Virus record (IMG/VR): IMGVR_UViG_2534681759_000012
Location: 1 to 43,160 of that record
DNA from: a virus
Taxonomy: Duplodnaviria; Heunggongvirae; Uroviricota; Caudoviricetes
Length of the DNA stretch: 43,160 bases
Direction: 5' to 3' (one strand)
In this document: positions 41,913 to 43,160 of the stretch, one piece after another
Layout of the letters: each line of letters begins with the position of its first letter
How positions within the stretch are numbered: position 1 is the first letter of the stretch
Made by a program: the position numbers and the translations under genes
Notes under the pieces: generated by a model
Seen by the model: only the letters and a program-made list of their open reading frames with translations
Told to the model about the DNA's origin: nothing
The model's database searches: none

Positions 41913-43160
41913 CTATATTGCTGAAGGTACAGGCGTTTCCATAACTATTTGCTCGCGTTTTTTACTCAAGAAGAAAATGCCAAATAGCAACATCAGGCAG
42001 ACAATACCCGAAATTGCGAAGAAAACTGTCTGGTAGCCTGCGTGGTCAAAGAGTATCCCAGTCGGCGTTGAAAGCAGCACAATCCCAAGCGAACTGGCAA
42101 TTTGAAAACCAATCAGAAAGATCGTCGACGACAGGCGCTTATCAAAGTTTGCCACGCTGTATTTGAAGACGGATATGACACAAAGTGGAACCTCAATGGC
42201 ATGTAACAACTTCACTAATGAAATAATCCAGGGGTTAACGAACAGCGCGCAGGAAAGGATACGCAACGCCATAATCACAACTCCGATAAGTAATGCATTT
42301 TTTGGCCCTACCCGATTCACAAAGAAAGGAATAATCGCCATGCACAGCGCTTCGAGTACCACCTGGAATGAGTTGAGATAACCATACAGGCGCGTTCCTA
42401 CATCGTGTGATTCGAATAAACCTGCATAAAAGACAGGAAAAAGTTGTTGATCAAAAATGTTATAGAAAGACCACGTCCCCACAATAAATATGACGAAAAC
42501 CCAGAAGTTTCGATCCTTGAAAACTGCGATAAAATCCTCTTTTTTTACCCCTCCCGCATCTGCCGCTACGCACTGGTGATCCTTATCTTTAAAACGCATG
42601 TTGATCATCATAAATACAGCGCCAAATAGCGAGACCAACCAGAAGTTGATATGGGGACTGATACTAAAAAATATGCCGGCAAAGAACGCGCCAATAGCAT
42701 AGCCAAAAGATCCCCAGGCGCGCGCTGTTCCATATTCGAAATGAAAATTTCGCGCCATTTTTTCGGTGAAGCTATCAAGCAAACCGCATCCCGCCAGATA
42801 CCCCAAGCCAAAAAATAGCGCCCCCAGAATTAGACCTACAGAAAAATTGCTTTGCAGTAACGGTTCATAAACGTAAATCATAAACGGTCCGGTCAAGACC
42901 AGGATGAAACTCATACACCAGATGAGCGGTTTCTTCAGACCGAGTTTATCCTGAACGATGCCGTAGAACATCATAAATAGAATGCTGGTAAACTGGTTGA
43001 CCGAATAAAGTGTACCTAATTCCGTCCCTGTCAACCCTAGATGTCCTTTCAGCCAAATAGCGTATAACGACCACCACAGCGACCAGGAAATAAAAAAGAG
43101 AAATGAGTAACTGGATGCAAAACGATAGTACGCATTTCTGAATGGAATATTCAGTGCCAT
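41913..43160 (-). CDS. cscB: Host LacY-family (oligosaccharide:H+ symporter) permease, CscB-like sucrose permease
   Basis: 415-aa 12-TM MFS protein with LacY-like N-terminus (SVNQFTSILFMMFYGIVQDKLGLKKPLIW versus LacY ...[22 protein letters not shown]); ordinary GC; outside the prophage; start codon at the window end. Confidence 0.8.
   Translation of the reverse strand: MALNIPFRNAYYRFASSYSFLFFISWSLWWSLYAIWLKGHLGLTGTELGTLYSVNQFTSILFMMFYGIVQDKLGLKKPLIWCMSFILVLTGPFMIYVYEPLLQSNFSVGLILGALFFGLGYLAGCGLLDSFTEKMARNFHFEYGTARAWGSFGYAIGAFFAGIFFSISPHINFWLVSLFGAVFMMINMRFKDKDHQCVAADAGGVKKEDFIAVFKDRNFWVFVIFIVGTWSFYNIFDQQLFPVFYAGLFESHDVGTRLYGYLNSFQVVLEALCMAIIPFFVNRVGPKNALLIGVVIMALRILSCALFVNPWIISLVKLLHAIEVPLCVISVFKYSVANFDKRLSSTIFLIGFQIASSLGIVLLSTPTGILFDHAGYQTVFFAISGIVCLMLLFGIFFLSKKREQIVMETPVPSAI

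Noticed and set aside
41913-43160. Permease as prophage cargo
   Set aside because: Lies beyond the att core, has ordinary GC and a LacY-family (CscB-like) sequence typical of chromosomal sugar-utilisation loci.

Overview
Almost the whole window (1 to ~41471) is one lambdoid prophage with a P22/Sf6-type podovirus morphogenesis module, apparently integrated at the argW tRNA-Arg site; the last ~1.7 kb is host DNA carrying a complete LacY-family permease (CscB-like). Layout left to right: P4-type integrase (+), an AT-rich polytopic membrane cargo gene at the classic O-antigen conversion locus (+), then on the minus strand the tailspike, ejection proteins, tail needle, coat, scaffold, portal and terminase, a lambda-like S-R-Rz/Rz1 lysis cassette, Q, a nin region (RusA, NinB/E/F, antirepressor, Dam-like methyltransferase), a DnaB-type helicase and an O-like initiator with internal origin iterons. 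The immunity region has lambda-like N, nutL and nutR but a heteroimmune cI/cro with TTACC-N4-GGTAA operators. The early-left operon (+) carries RecT, a Gp157-like protein, a second methyltransferase, a DUF551-like protein and an AlpA-type excisionase next to a 15-bp argW 3'-end att core. Most notable: (1) a 1954-bp IS21-family element (IS100-like, IstA/IstB) with a 5-bp target duplication splits a late-region gene whose reconstructed product looks like a DUF2829 (Tad2-like) anti-defence protein; (2) the helicase carries a 343-aa intein with LAGLIDADG motifs and a non-canonical Ala-1; (3) a small membrane protein sits in the lambda rexAB position downstream of cI; (4) the conversion gene plus a tailspike with a non-P22 receptor-binding domain. 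All calls rest on reading the sequence and recalled family knowledge; no searches were run.
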